A stretch of DNA of 64,000 nt, taken from the IMG/VR virus record IMGVR_UViG_3300038673_000493, positions 1-64,000 of that record. One strand, written 5' to 3'. The stretch comes from a virus. Lineage: Duplodnaviria > Caudoviricetes. Positions 15,962 through 25,542 of the stretch are shown piece by piece (position 1 is the stretch's first letter; each line of letters opens with the position of its first letter). Under the pieces are notes generated by a model, which made no database searches, had not been told where the DNA came from, and saw nothing but the letters and a program-made list of their open reading frames with translations. Made by a program: the position numbers and the translations under genes.

Positions 15962-18697
15962 ATGTCTAAAGTGACAATCAAAGAGATAGATTCAACTATT
16001 GAAAATCAAATTACCACAGCAATGATTATTTCTACTAAATTTTTATCGGAAGTTTCACCTTTATTTGATAAGGATTATTTAAAAAATTCTTTTGCTAAAA
16101 TCATTTGCTTTTGGTGTTTAGATTATTACAAGCAATACAAGAAAGCTCCTGGAATACATATCAAGGATATTTTTAAAATTGAATCAGAACTTGGAATGAC
16201 TTCTGAAGATAAAGAAATCATAGGAACATTCCTGTCTAAACTGAATAAGCAATACGTGGAAGATCAGGGAATAAATTCCGATTATATTCGTGATAATGCT
16301 TTTAATTATTTCAAGCAAAGAGAATTAGAAATCAGAGTGGATAAAGCAAGCAAGCTACTCAAAGTAGGAAAAGTTGAGGAAGCGGAAGAGCAATTCACGA
16401 AATTCAAAAAAATTGCTTATCAAGTATCTGGATGGTTTAATCCTTTTGAAGCAAGTGAAGTCATGGAAGTTTTTGATGATACAGATTCAGGTATTTTTTT
16501 ATTGCCTGGAGCACTTGGTCAGGTGATGGGGCCGATAGAACGAGATTGGTTTATTGCTGTATTAGCACCGTTCAAAAAAGGAAAATGTATAGCAAAAGGT
16601 TCAATGATACTGTTACCTAATGGTTCTTTAAAACCAATAGAAAAAATTATTGAAGATAAGGATAAGTATATTTTAAGTAAAGATAATTCTGGAAAAATAG
16701 TCAAAGGAGAAATAACAGATTATTATATCAACGGATTAAAAGAAACATATCTTGTAAAAACAAGATCGGGAAGAGAGGTTTCTGTAACTTACAATCATCC
16801 TTTCTTTACTCCTAATGGATGGGTTGCTTTGAATAAAATTTCTGTGGGAGATTTTATTGCTTGCCCAAGACAATATGAGAATTTAGGAACTAGAACCTAC
16901 GAATCTTATAAATTAAAATTACTTGCTTATATGATTGCTGAAGGATGTTTTAGAGGAAATGGTAGCTATACATTTACTAATAAAAGCAAAAAAATACAAG
17001 ATGATTTTAAATCTTGCGTAGAACAAATGGGGGATTTGGCAAGTAAAGAAAATGAAATAACCACAAGAATCGTAAGTAAAAAAGGAAAAGGTTATTCTGG
17101 TGGTTCTAATTTAAGAAAATGGATAACTAAATTAGGAATGCATCAAAAATTATCTAAAGAAAAAATAATTCCTGATTTTATCTTTAAATTACAAAATAAA
17201 GATGTGGCTTTGTTTCTGTCAACATTATTTACTTGTGATGGTTCAATATACAAAGAAGGGAAAAATACTGTTGTTATAAGCTATGGTTCAGCAAGTAAAA
17301 AATTGATTAAGCAAGTTAACCATCTCTTATTGAGATTTGGTATTGTAGGAAGAATAAAACCAACTATTTATAAAGAATTTTGCTCTTGGGAAGTAGTATT
17401 GGCTGATATGATTAGCATAAATAAATTTATGTCTCAAATAGGATTTATTTATGAAAAACAAATTAAGGCAAAAAAATTACTTTCTGAAATAATTGAAAAA
17501 CGATGCCAAAAAAGCAATATTGATGCCATTCCTTATGAAGTATTAAAAACCATAATACCTGATGAACGACCTATAAAAAACGAAGCTGTTAGACAATGTT
17601 ATAAAAAGAAAGGTAAAATATGTCGTTCAAGATTGCCACAACTTATTCCGGCATATCCTCAAACTAAATCTATAATAGAAGATGATCTTTTATGGGATTC
17701 TATTGTGGAAATAATTCCTCTTGGAAAACAAGAAACATTTGATTTGACTGTTAAAGATTACCATAATTTTATTGCTGAAGATGTTTTTGTGCATAATACT
17801 TGGTTTCTACAAGAGATGGCTGTCAGAGCTATTTTTCAGAGATTGAAGGTTGTTTTCATTTCATTGGAAATGAAAAAGAAGAATATCAAAGAAAGACTGT
17901 ATAAACGAGTTACTGGATTCGGTTCTAAATCAGGAGAAGATGTTTTCTTGTATCCTGTTTTCGATTGTGAACTGAATCAAACAGGGGAATGTGAACGTCC
18001 TGAACGAACAAATCAAATCACATTAAGAACTGCTAACGGTGAAAAACCAGACTTCGATCTTGATATGGAATATAGACCTTGTTCTTATTGCAGATCAAAC
18101 ATGATCATGGATTATCGATTAGAAACATGGTACGAAACAATTGAGATTCCTCAATTTTCTTTTTCCTCAACTAAAAAACAGTTATCAGCACTTGAAAGAA
18201 TGTACGGAGACAATCTCCGAATAATCAGTTACCCCAGATTCACAGCAAGCATTTCAGATATACGGAGAGATTTGTTTATTCTTGAACAGCATGATGGATT
18301 TGTTCCTGATGTAATCATTGTTGATTATGCAGATATTCTTAAACCGAATGCATCTAAAGGGAAAAAGCTAGATGACATTGATGACATATGGAAAATGCTT
18401 GCATCAATGGCCGCAGAAAAACATTGTATTGTATTTACAGCAAGTCAAGGAACCAGAAGCTCAATTTACAAAAGTGATATGAGCCAGGACGATCTTGCAG
18501 AATGGATTGGTAAATTAGGTCATGTTGATATGTTTTTAGGATTGAATCAAACGAAAGATGAAAAACGATCTAAAATAATTCGTGTCAATGGATTAGTTCA
18601 TCGACATAAGGAAATAGATGAAAATGTATTTGCTTGTTTATTGCAACAATTGGAAGTAGGTCAATTTTGCATGGACAGTCATTTGATGAGGAGGTAA
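15962..18697 (+). CDS. dnaB: Replicative DnaB-like helicase with intein
   Basis: Walker A APFKKGK|T split by the intein; VIIVDYAD; FTASQ. Confidence 0.88.
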   Translation: MSKVTIKEIDSTIENQITTAMIISTKFLSEVSPLFDKDYLKNSFAKIICFWCLDYYKQYKKAPGIHIKDIFKIESELGMTSEDKEIIGTFLSKLNKQYVEDQGINSDYIRDNAFNYFKQRELEIRVDKASKLLKVGKVEEAEEQFTKFKKIAYQVSGWFNPFEASEVMEVFDDTDSGIFLLPGALGQVMGPIERDWFIAVLAPFKKGKCIAKGSMILLPNGSLKPIEKIIEDKDKYILSKDNSGKIVKGEITDYYINGLKETYLVKTRSGREVSVTYNHPFFTPNGWVALNKISVGDFIACPRQYENLGTRTYESYKLKLLAYMIAEGCFRGNGSYTFTNKSKKIQDDFKSCVEQMGDLASKENEITTRIVSKKGKGYSGGSNLRKWITKLGMHQKLSKEKIIPDFIFKLQNKDVALFLSTLFTCDGSIYKEGKNTVVISYGSASKKLIKQVNHLLLRFGIVGRIKPTIYKEFCSWEVVLADMISINKFMSQIGFIYEKQIKAKKLLSEIIEKRCQKSNIDAIPYEVLKTIIPDERPIKNEAVRQCYKKKGKICRSRLPQLIPAYPQTKSIIEDDLLWDSIVEIIPLGKQETFDLTVKDYHNFIAEDVFVHNTWFLQEMAVRAIFQRLKVVFISLEMKKKNIKERLYKRVTGFGSKSGEDVFLYPVFDCELNQTGECERPERTNQITLRTANGEKPDFDLDMEYRPCSYCRSNMIMDYRLETWYETIEIPQFSFSSTKKQLSALERMYGDNLRIISYPRFTASISDIRRDLFILEQHDGFVPDVIIVDYADILKPNASKGKKLDDIDDIWKMLASMAAEKHCIVFTASQGTRSSIYKSDMSQDDLAEWIGKLGHVDMFLGLNQTKDEKRSKIIRVNGLVHRHKEIDENVFACLLQQLEVGQFCMDSHLMRR
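16586..17797 (+). mobile_element. Intein (404 aa) with LAGLIDADG endonuclease, in the DnaB P-loop
   Basis: Starts CIAKGS; block B VTYNHPF; YMIAEG and LFTCDG motifs; ends FVHN before Thr. Confidence 0.93.
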
Positions 18698-18699
18698 TT

Positions 18700-19017
18700 A
18701 TGCTTGTGCGATGCACTGGAAAATGTAAAAAAGAATATGAGCAAAATGAGGAGAATTTTTATAGAAGAAAGATAGGTGGTTTTTATACTGTCTGCAAAAC
18801 TTGTTGCCGAGATAGATCATTGAAATATTATAAAACTCTTCCCACAACAAAAAAAAGAAAGTCTTATTACAAGGCTAAAAAAACAGAATTTGCTAAACGA
18901 AACACAAAAGAAGGATTCATAAATTACATGAAAAAGAATCCTGTTTATTTTAAACAAACATTTAATCAAGAACCTACGGCATTGAATATTTTAGATGCTT
19001 GCAAATCATTGATTTAA
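18700..19017 (+). CDS. Cys-rich hypothetical protein (endonuclease-like zinc-binding N-terminus)
   Basis: CTGKC...FY...CKTCC; SD GAGGAGG. Confidence 0.5.
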   Translation: MLVRCTGKCKKEYEQNEENFYRRKIGGFYTVCKTCCRDRSLKYYKTLPTTKKRKSYYKAKKTEFAKRNTKEGFINYMKKNPVYFKQTFNQEPTALNILDACKSLI

Positions 19018-19028
19018 AGGAGAAAATC

Positions 19029-19226
19029 ATGTCTGTATTATATCAGAAAAGACCCAATGACGGATCAGCGATTGTTTGGGATTACATTACAAAGAAATAT
19101 GGTAAAATAGAAATACTGCAATTCAATCCTAATTGTTGCGGTCCTCATAACTGGGTAGCTAAAGTTGATGGTAAAATGATTTCTGTCGATATGGCAGAAG
19201 TAAAAGGGGAAAGGAATAAACTATGA
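19029..19226 (+). CDS. Hypothetical protein
   Basis: SD AAGGAG before MSVLY. Confidence 0.55.
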   Translation: MSVLYQKRPNDGSAIVWDYITKKYGKIEILQFNPNCCGPHNWVAKVDGKMISVDMAEVKGERNKL

Positions 19227-19729
19227 TCGAAACAATGAAGGCAAAAACACGAAGGGAAATGGAAGATTTTTTCAGCAAATATTGCATAGGAAGAGGATTA
19301 GATATTGGATCAGGTCGTGACCCTCTTTTGCCTGATATAGCTGTTATTGATCTTCAATTTGGCACCGATGCTCGATTTCTTCCATTTCCTGACAATACAT
19401 TTGATTTTGTCTATTCAAGTCATTGTTTGGAACATCTTATTTGTTTGGAAGAAGTTATCAGAGAAAGTTTTCGTGTTCTTAAACCGAACGGATACATGAT
19501 CTATTATTTGCCTCATCGTGATTTATATGAACATCGAAAATGTTTATCAGAACCAGGCAATTCTGATCATAAACATTTTTTCTTAATGGATAGAAGTGAA
19601 GCTCCTGTTACGATTGGAATTATACCATTAGTAGCTATAATGTATCCAAACAGTGAATTGATTTATGCAAAAAAATGTGAAGAAAACGGAGAGTTCAGCA
19701 TTGAATGTGTTTGGACAAAAAGAGAATAA
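19223..19729 (+). CDS. Class I SAM-dependent methyltransferase (type 11-like)
   Basis: GLDIGSG; LPFPDNTFDFVYSSHCLEH; RVLKPNG. Confidence 0.88.
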   Translation: MIETMKAKTRREMEDFFSKYCIGRGLDIGSGRDPLLPDIAVIDLQFGTDARFLPFPDNTFDFVYSSHCLEHLICLEEVIRESFRVLKPNGYMIYYLPHRDLYEHRKCLSEPGNSDHKHFFLMDRSEAPVTIGIIPLVAIMYPNSELIYAKKCEENGEFSIECVWTKRE

Positions 19730-19755
19730 CAATCTCGAAGGAGAAGGAGAAAATT

Positions 19756-20334
19756 ATGAATGCCACTTCAAAAAAATTAAAAAAAGATTTTATGGAAGAA
19801 GTTAAAATAATTGAAAGAGACGGTATTGGTGATCTTTTAGATTATTTAGAAGAAAATGATTTTTTCACGGCACCTGCATCCACTATGTATCATGATTCTG
19901 AAGAAGGTGGTTTAGTTTTTCACAGTTTGTCCGTTTACGATGTAGCAAAAGAGCTAAATTCATTGTTTGAACTTAAATATAATGCGGAGACCATCGCTAT
20001 ATGCGCTTTATTTCATGATGTATGTAAGATGAACATGTATGTCAGAGCTACTCGTAATAAAAAGATTGATGGACAATGGAAAGAAATACTTGTGTGGGAA
20101 GTTCAAGATCAATTGCCTTTAGGTCATGGTGAAAAATCTATTTACATGATTAACAAATTTATGGCATTGACAGAAGAAGAAGCTATGGCTATTCGATGGC
20201 ATCTTGGAGGATTCGATACAGCGGTTCACTTTCCATATCCTTATGGATTTCCTCAAAAACAAGCATTCAGAGAATCTAAATTGGTTACTTTATTAGCCAT
20301 TGCTGATTTAAGTGCTTCCTATATTTTAAAATAG
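19756..20334 (+). CDS. HD-domain hydrolase
   Basis: FFTAPASTMYH...GGLVFHS...LFHDVCK...GHGEKS...IRWH. Confidence 0.85.
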   Translation: MNATSKKLKKDFMEEVKIIERDGIGDLLDYLEENDFFTAPASTMYHDSEEGGLVFHSLSVYDVAKELNSLFELKYNAETIAICALFHDVCKMNMYVRATRNKKIDGQWKEILVWEVQDQLPLGHGEKSIYMINKFMALTEEEAMAIRWHLGGFDTAVHFPYPYGFPQKQAFRESKLVTLLAIADLSASYILK

Positions 20335-20344
20335 GAGGATGCTA

Positions 20345-20428
20345 ATGTTTGGATTTGAATTATCGGATTTGTTGGCTTTGTTAATCGGGGTAATTTTATA
20401 TTTATATATTTCATTAAAAGACACATAA
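20345..20428 (+). CDS. Small membrane peptide (27 aa)
   Basis: SD AGGAGG; MFGFELSDLLALLIGVILYIYISLKDT*. Confidence 0.45.
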   Translation: MFGFELSDLLALLIGVILYLYISLKDT

Positions 20429-20438
20429 AGGAGAAAAT

Positions 20439-20522
20439 ATGATTTCAATTACAAGAATTTTTACATTTGAAGCGGCTCATTATTTACCTCAACATGAAGG
20501 AGATTGCCATGATAGAATGTAA
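20439..20522 (+). pseudogene. queD: Truncated 5' remnant of queD
   Basis: SD AAGGAG; MISITRIFTFEAAHYLPQHEGDCHDRM* carries the QueD N-terminal FxAAH motif. Confidence 0.8.
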
Positions 20523-21432
20523 AGTATGCCATAAAACATATTCCATTATAAGTCATAAACATTTAAAAAAACATGGAATGACTATTTTGGAATATAAAAA
20601 TAAATTTTTCAATGCTCCCATATCTTCCACAGAATATTCTAATAAATTATCTAAAGCACAAAAAGGTAAAAAAATGGGAGAAAATAATCCTGCTAAAAGA
20701 AAAGAGGTAAAAGAAAAAATTAAAAAATCTGTTACAAAATTATGGGATGAAGGCAAGTATAAAAATAGAATTAATGGTATGGAAGATGTTTGTGGAAAAG
20801 CCCATCCTAATTGGAAACCTAATATTCATGAACCTCTGTTTTTAACAAAGAATAAATATGTTGATTACCTTTCTCAATATGAGGATGTGTCAGTTTGTAA
20901 AAGATGTGGAAGTAAGAAAAAAATAAATATACACCATATTGATGAAGATCATAATAATTTTCTTCCTTCTAATCTTGAACCTTTATGTGTTGGTTGTCAT
21001 AGTCATTTTCATTATGAGACACAAAAACAACCCTTCATTTCTGTGGGTAAATTATTTACATTTGCAGCCGCTCATAGATTGCCTGAATATAATGGCCCTT
21101 GTGAACGTTGGCATGGTCATGAATGGTCTTTAGAAGTAGAAATAACTAAACGAATTGATGGTAAAACAGGAATGGTTATAGATTTTTCTAAATTAAAAAA
21201 GATAGTGACGGAATATGTAATTAACATATTTGATCATAACACTATTAATGATATTATTAAAAATCCTACAGCAGAAAATATTTTAATATGGATATGGGAA
21301 ACATTAATGTTTGATGCTCATTTAAAAGGAATTAGCAAAATTACTTTATGGGAAACTCCTTCAAGTCGAGCTTGTTTAAATGTAAAAGGAATGCTGTCTA
21401 TATTGTCATCAAAAATAGAAAAAGGAGAATGA
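20509..21432 (+). CDS. queD: HNH endonuclease fused to full-length QueD (6-carboxytetrahydropterin synthase)
   Basis: N-half HHIDEDHNNFLPSNLEPLCVGCH; C-half FTFAAAHRLP...HGH...GMVIDFS...DH...PTAEN...WET. Confidence 0.88.
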   Translation: MIECKVCHKTYSIISHKHLKKHGMTILEYKNKFFNAPISSTEYSNKLSKAQKGKKMGENNPAKRKEVKEKIKKSVTKLWDEGKYKNRINGMEDVCGKAHPNWKPNIHEPLFLTKNKYVDYLSQYEDVSVCKRCGSKKKINIHHIDEDHNNFLPSNLEPLCVGCHSHFHYETQKQPFISVGKLFTFAAAHRLPEYNGPCERWHGHEWSLEVEITKRIDGKTGMVIDFSKLKKIVTEYVINIFDHNTINDIIKNPTAENILIWIWETLMFDAHLKGISKITLWETPSSRACLNVKGMLSILSSKIEKGE

Positions 21433-23060
21433 TCATGTTCATTAATTCAATCTATGCAGGAATCAACGGAGAAGTTTCTTTATTAGGGCAAGGATCACTT
21501 TGTACTTTTATCAGACTTCAAGGATGTAATTTAAAATGCAAGTATTGTTTTGGAGTTATGCCAGGAAAACATAATCCTAAAATTATACTATCTGATAAAC
21601 CAAATAAAAAATTAACCGATGTAAAAATTGGAGATAAACTATTAACCTTTAATGATAAAAAAGAATTAGTAGAAACAGAAGTTACTAATTTAATTACAAG
21701 AGAGGTTGATTCTTGGTTAAGAATAAAAATAAAAAATTATGAATATTATGTAACAGAAGAACATCCATTTTTTACAACAAGTGGATTAAAACAAGCGAAA
21801 GATTTGCAGATAGGTGATGAAATTTACCATTCTGATTTTAAAGATAAATTATCTTTTAGAATGATGGGAAATAAAAATCCTATGGAAAATGAAGATGTTA
21901 AGAAAAGATCATTTGAAAATACCGATTATAAATTAATTGGTAAAAAAATAAGTTCCACCATTAAAAGAAAACAAATTGAAGGAACTTACATATCTCCTTA
22001 TGATTCTCTTTCAAAAGATACCCAAAAAGAAATAGGAGAAAAAATATCTTTATCTAAAATAGGAAATAAAAATCCTAATTGGAAAGGAGGTTCCAAAACT
22101 CCTAATTACGATAAATTAAAACAACAAATAAAAGATGGAGAAATAAAAATCTGTTCTAAATGTTTGAAAGAAAAATCTTTAGATGTTCACCACAAAAATA
22201 ATGATCATAAAAATGATGCTCCAGAAAATTTAGAAGTTTTATGCGAATCTTGTCATTACACCGAACATGAAATTGGTTATAATTTCTGGAAAAACAATAA
22301 CAGAAAAGATGGTAAACAATTAACAGCAATGAATGGATTTAAAGTTTTATCCATTAAAAAAATTAATAGAAATAACTACCCACCATCTTTAAAACCTAAA
22401 CCTTTAAAAGTTTACAATTTATCTTGTGAACCTTATAATAGTTTTCTAATTGACTATATGTGGGTTCATAATTGTGATACGAAACAAGCACAAAAAGTGG
22501 ATAAAGAGAAAACAGAATTTCTATCCGCAGATAGAATTTATACCTATCTTATTAATGGGTATGATGATAATCGAATTTTTCCAAAAAATATTACAATTAC
22601 GGGAGGGGAACCACTAACACAAGAAAGAGAAGTGATTGCATTGGCAAGAATGTTTAGAGAATATGGTGAAAATCGTTATATGATTTCTATCGAAACAAAT
22701 GGATCTTTTAGAGTACCTTATTCCGAATATGTAGATTCGTGGGTAGTCGATTGGAAATCCCCCTCAAGTGGTATGAGAGATAAAATGAAATATGCCAATT
22801 TTTTAACTATAGGCAGAAATGATTTTGTGAAGTTCACTATTAAAAATAGAGAAGATTTTATTGATGCTATGGAATGTATGGAAACTCTTTATAAAGGGCA
22901 TGAATCTCCTAAATTTGCTTTTTCTCCACAAGTTTCCAATAATCCAAATAATGATATTTCAAAAACAATTTTGATTGATTGGATGCTTGAATCAAAAATT
23001 TGTGTAGAGACAAAAGCAATCCTAAACTTACAAATTCACAAAATAATTGGAACCGCATAA
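21429..23060 (+). CDS. queE: QueE 7-carboxy-7-deazaguanine synthase (radical SAM) with intein
   Basis: INGE...FIRLQGCNLKCKY|CDT; ITGGEP; IETNG; DWKSPSS; DFVKF; QIHK. Confidence 0.9.
   Translation: MIMFINSIYAGINGEVSLLGQGSLCTFIRLQGCNLKCKYCFGVMPGKHNPKIILSDKPNKKLTDVKIGDKLLTFNDKKELVETEVTNLITREVDSWLRIKIKNYEYYVTEEHPFFTTSGLKQAKDLQIGDEIYHSDFKDKLSFRMMGNKNPMENEDVKKRSFENTDYKLIGKKISSTIKRKQIEGTYISPYDSLSKDTQKEIGEKISLSKIGNKNPNWKGGSKTPNYDKLKQQIKDGEIKICSKCLKEKSLDVHHKNNDHKNDAPENLEVLCESCHYTEHEIGYNFWKNNNRKDGKQLTAMNGFKVLSIKKINRNNYPPSLKPKPLKVYNLSCEPYNSFLIDYMWVHNCDTKQAQKVDKEKTEFLSADRIYTYLINGYDDNRIFPKNITITGGEPLTQEREVIALARMFREYGENRYMISIETNGSFRVPYSEYVDSWVVDWKSPSSGMRDKMKYANFLTIGRNDFVKFTIKNREDFIDAMECMETLYKGHESPKFAFSPQVSNNPNNDISKTILIDWMLESKICVETKAILNLQIHKIIGTA
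21546..22472 (+). mobile_element. Intein (309 aa) carrying an HNH endonuclease
   Basis: Starts CFGVM; block B VTEEHPF; HHKNNDHKNDAPENLEVLCESCH; ends WVHN before Cys. Confidence 0.92.
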
Positions 23061-23140
23061 AAAATAAATATAAGGATTTTGAGAAGTTGTAGGTATTCCT
23101 ACTATTTACCAAAAATAACTGAAAATTTTTAAAAAATATT

Positions 23141-23149
23141 TGCTACAAT
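23141..23149 (+). promoter_or_regulatory. Extended -10 element TGCTACAAT
   Basis: Intergenic; the upstream ACTGAAAATTTT is shared with the 28170 promoter. Confidence 0.55.
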
Positions 23150-23211
23150 AAAGGCAAAGACGAAAATGAAAAAGCAGTTCAAACCAAAACACATTTTATT
23201 AAGGAGGTAGT

Positions 23212-23790
23212 ATGAGCAACATTGATTTTAAGCAATTGAAGGAAATGGTAAAAGCATTAAATGAAGCTGTCTATTTGGCAGAGGACAATTCCGAAGTAGA
23301 ATTTTTGGAAGACAAAATTAAAATTGCCGGAGTTTCCGCAGAAAAACTGAAAGACAGTTTTATTCAGGCTATCGCAACAATGGATGAAGATGTTCAGCAA
23401 GTTCTTCCGGATGAAATTTCAGATTATTACAATGATCTGATTTCTGAAGATCCTGAACCGGAACCCGAGCCCGAACCGGAGAAGCCTTCAAAGAAAACTT
23501 CTGCAAAAGAAGAAAAGAAAAAGGAAAAAGAGAAAGCAAAGAAAGAGCCCGGTAAGAAAAAAGAACCTGCTGAATTGTCTGTTTTTGGACACAAGATGAA
23601 TACACAGGCAGCCAAACTGGATGCTTTGCTTGCTCCCGGCAAAAGCATTTCTCTTGAAGAACTGATCAAAGGTTCCGGCCGTTCTGCTCTTGGTGTCAAG
23701 AGCCATGTTAAACATTTGATTGAAGCTCGTGGATTGACAATCAATGTAAAAGATAACATGTATCGTTTTGTTAAAAACCCGACTAAATAA
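23212..23790 (+). CDS. Hypothetical protein, acidic N-terminus and possible C-terminal winged helix
   Basis: SD AGGAGG; PEPEPE linker. Confidence 0.6.
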   Translation: MSNIDFKQLKEMVKALNEAVYLAEDNSEVEFLEDKIKIAGVSAEKLKDSFIQAIATMDEDVQQVLPDEISDYYNDLISEDPEPEPEPEPEKPSKKTSAKEEKKKEKEKAKKEPGKKKEPAELSVFGHKMNTQAAKLDALLAPGKSISLEELIKGSGRSALGVKSHVKHLIEARGLTINVKDNMYRFVKNPTK

Positions 23791-23807
23791 TCTTGCTGTT
23801 TCGTTTT

Positions 23808-23893
23808 AGATCGGGGGAATTGTGTAAGGTGTGGGTCACCGTGGCTTTTGCCATTATCAGTTCAAATGCTGATTTTACATTTTCCCCCGATCT
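23808..23893 (+). ncRNA. Candidate structured RNA (four-way junction on a long closing stem)
   Basis: 12-bp AGAUCGGGGGAA/UUCCCCCGAUCU stem enclosing three hairpins; followed by a U-run and the folE SD. Confidence 0.5.
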
Positions 23894-23912
23894 TTTCTAT
23901 TAAGGAGTTGTT

Positions 23913-24512
23913 ATGCCTAACAAAAAAGATGATGATGTTCTTCTCCAAACATTAATGGAACGATTTTTACAAAACATGGATCTGAATTTAAAAGATCCTA
24001 ATTTAAAAGGAACTCCTGCTAGAATAGTCAAAATGTATAATCAGGAATTTCTTACCAATACAAATAAAAAACCAAGCAAAAAAATAATCAAATCATTTCC
24101 TAATGAAAAGAAATACGATGAAATAATTTTATTGGATAATATTCCTTTTGTGTCTTTATGTTCTCATCATTTTTTACCCTTTCCAGGACTTGCTTGGCTT
24201 GCGTATGTTCCAAATAAAAAATTAGCCGGTGCTTCTAAACCAGCAAGAGTGATAAATTTCTTTTCTAAAAAACCTCAATTGCAAGAGAATCTGGCATCCG
24301 AGATAGTTGACTATTTTGATAAGCAGGTTCAGCCGATCGGAGTAATGTTAGTTATGAGGGCTGTTCATGGATGCATGTCTTGCAGAGGAGCAAAAACTGG
24401 AGAAAATGCAGGCATGATTACTTCTATTACTCGTGGATGTTTTCGTGAAAATATGGAAACAAGATTGGAGGCATTAGACTTAATCAAATTGTCTATTTAC
24501 TTAAGGAGATAA
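23913..24512 (+). CDS. folE: GTP cyclohydrolase I
   Basis: TPARI; SLCSHHFLPF; PQLQE; AVHGCMSCRG. Confidence 0.95.
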   Translation: MPNKKDDDVLLQTLMERFLQNMDLNLKDPNLKGTPARIVKMYNQEFLTNTNKKPSKKIIKSFPNEKKYDEIILLDNIPFVSLCSHHFLPFPGLAWLAYVPNKKLAGASKPARVINFFSKKPQLQENLASEIVDYFDKQVQPIGVMLVMRAVHGCMSCRGAKTGENAGMITSITRGCFRENMETRLEALDLIKLSIYLRR

Positions 24513-24516
24513 TTTC

Positions 24517-25530
24517 ATGAATATTGTAAAAGCAGAAATTTTGTGGTCAAGAAAATGTTTATTGAAATGTTCCTATTGTGCTATGGCAGATAATAGAGAT
24601 AATAGAATTGTTCTTGAAGGTTGGAAAAAAGGATTTGAACAACTTAAAAAATTAGGATGTTCTTTTGCCGCATTTTATGGGGCAGAACCTTTAGAAGAAT
24701 TTGAAAAATTACCCTCAATAATAGAATATTCAGAAGATATTGGAATACATACCACAGTTATTACAAGCGGAATAACTAAAGATTTAAATTATAAATTGAA
24801 ACAATTGTACAAACATGGATTAAGATCAATAACAACTTCTTATGATATGGTTTCTTTAGATACTTCAAGCAGTATAAAATCTTCTAAAGCCATGGAAATA
24901 ATCAGCACATTTAAATCATTTGGAAATGTTCGTGACGTTGCTGTAGTAGCAACTTTAACCAAGAAAAATTTTCATCTTCTTCCAGAAACAATTGAACAAA
25001 TGTCAAGTAAAGGAATTTGGACATTCTTTGATTTGATTCATTTTGATAGAGGGCAATCCGGATCTAAAGTAAGAAACACAGATGTTACCTTTGAGAATGT
25101 TTTTCAAAAAGATGATTTCAAAGCTTTAGCAGATGTATTAAGCGAAGTTATTTCTATGAAAAAACGCGGATATTTGTGTCATGCCAGCGAGATTTTCTTA
25201 AACAAGATCATTGACGAGCATGATAAAGTTTACGAATGGAATTGTGCAGATGAAAAATGCTTTCCCGCTTGGGTCACTATTGATTGTGATGGTACTGTTT
25301 ATCCTTGTGATGACTTTCAGCCCACAATATTTAAATATCCTAATGGAACTGAAAAAGAAATTTCTATGATAAAAATGTGGAATCTTTATGAAGAATGGGA
25401 TAAATTTTGTAATACTTGGAAAAAAGTAATAATGGGGAATTGTCCAGGATGTTGTTGGAATACTCATATCGACGGAATTGCCATAAAACAAGGATTGATT
25501 CCTTTAACAGATTATATACACGGAACATAA
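24517..25530 (+). CDS. Radical SAM protein of unknown function in the deazaguanine cluster
   Basis: CLLKCSYC; FYGAEP; YPCDDF and CPGCCW SPASM-like cysteines. Confidence 0.85.
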   Translation: MNIVKAEILWSRKCLLKCSYCAMADNRDNRIVLEGWKKGFEQLKKLGCSFAAFYGAEPLEEFEKLPSIIEYSEDIGIHTTVITSGITKDLNYKLKQLYKHGLRSITTSYDMVSLDTSSSIKSSKAMEIISTFKSFGNVRDVAVVATLTKKNFHLLPETIEQMSSKGIWTFFDLIHFDRGQSGSKVRNTDVTFENVFQKDDFKALADVLSEVISMKKRGYLCHASEIFLNKIIDEHDKVYEWNCADEKCFPAWVTIDCDGTVYPCDDFQPTIFKYPNGTEKEISMIKMWNLYEEWDKFCNTWKKVIMGNCPGCCWNTHIDGIAIKQGLIPLTDYIHGT

Positions 25531-25542
25531 AGGAGAAAAATT

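Noticed and set aside
20439-21050. Group I intron in queD
   Set aside because: The downstream part repeats the QueD N-terminus rather than continuing it, and no P/Q/R/S core was recognisable.
23808-23893. Canonical tRNA gene or preQ1 riboswitch
   Set aside because: The anticodon-position loop is only 4 nt, the D-arm and CCA are atypical or missing, and the preQ1 aptamer consensus was not seen; kept as an unknown structured RNA.
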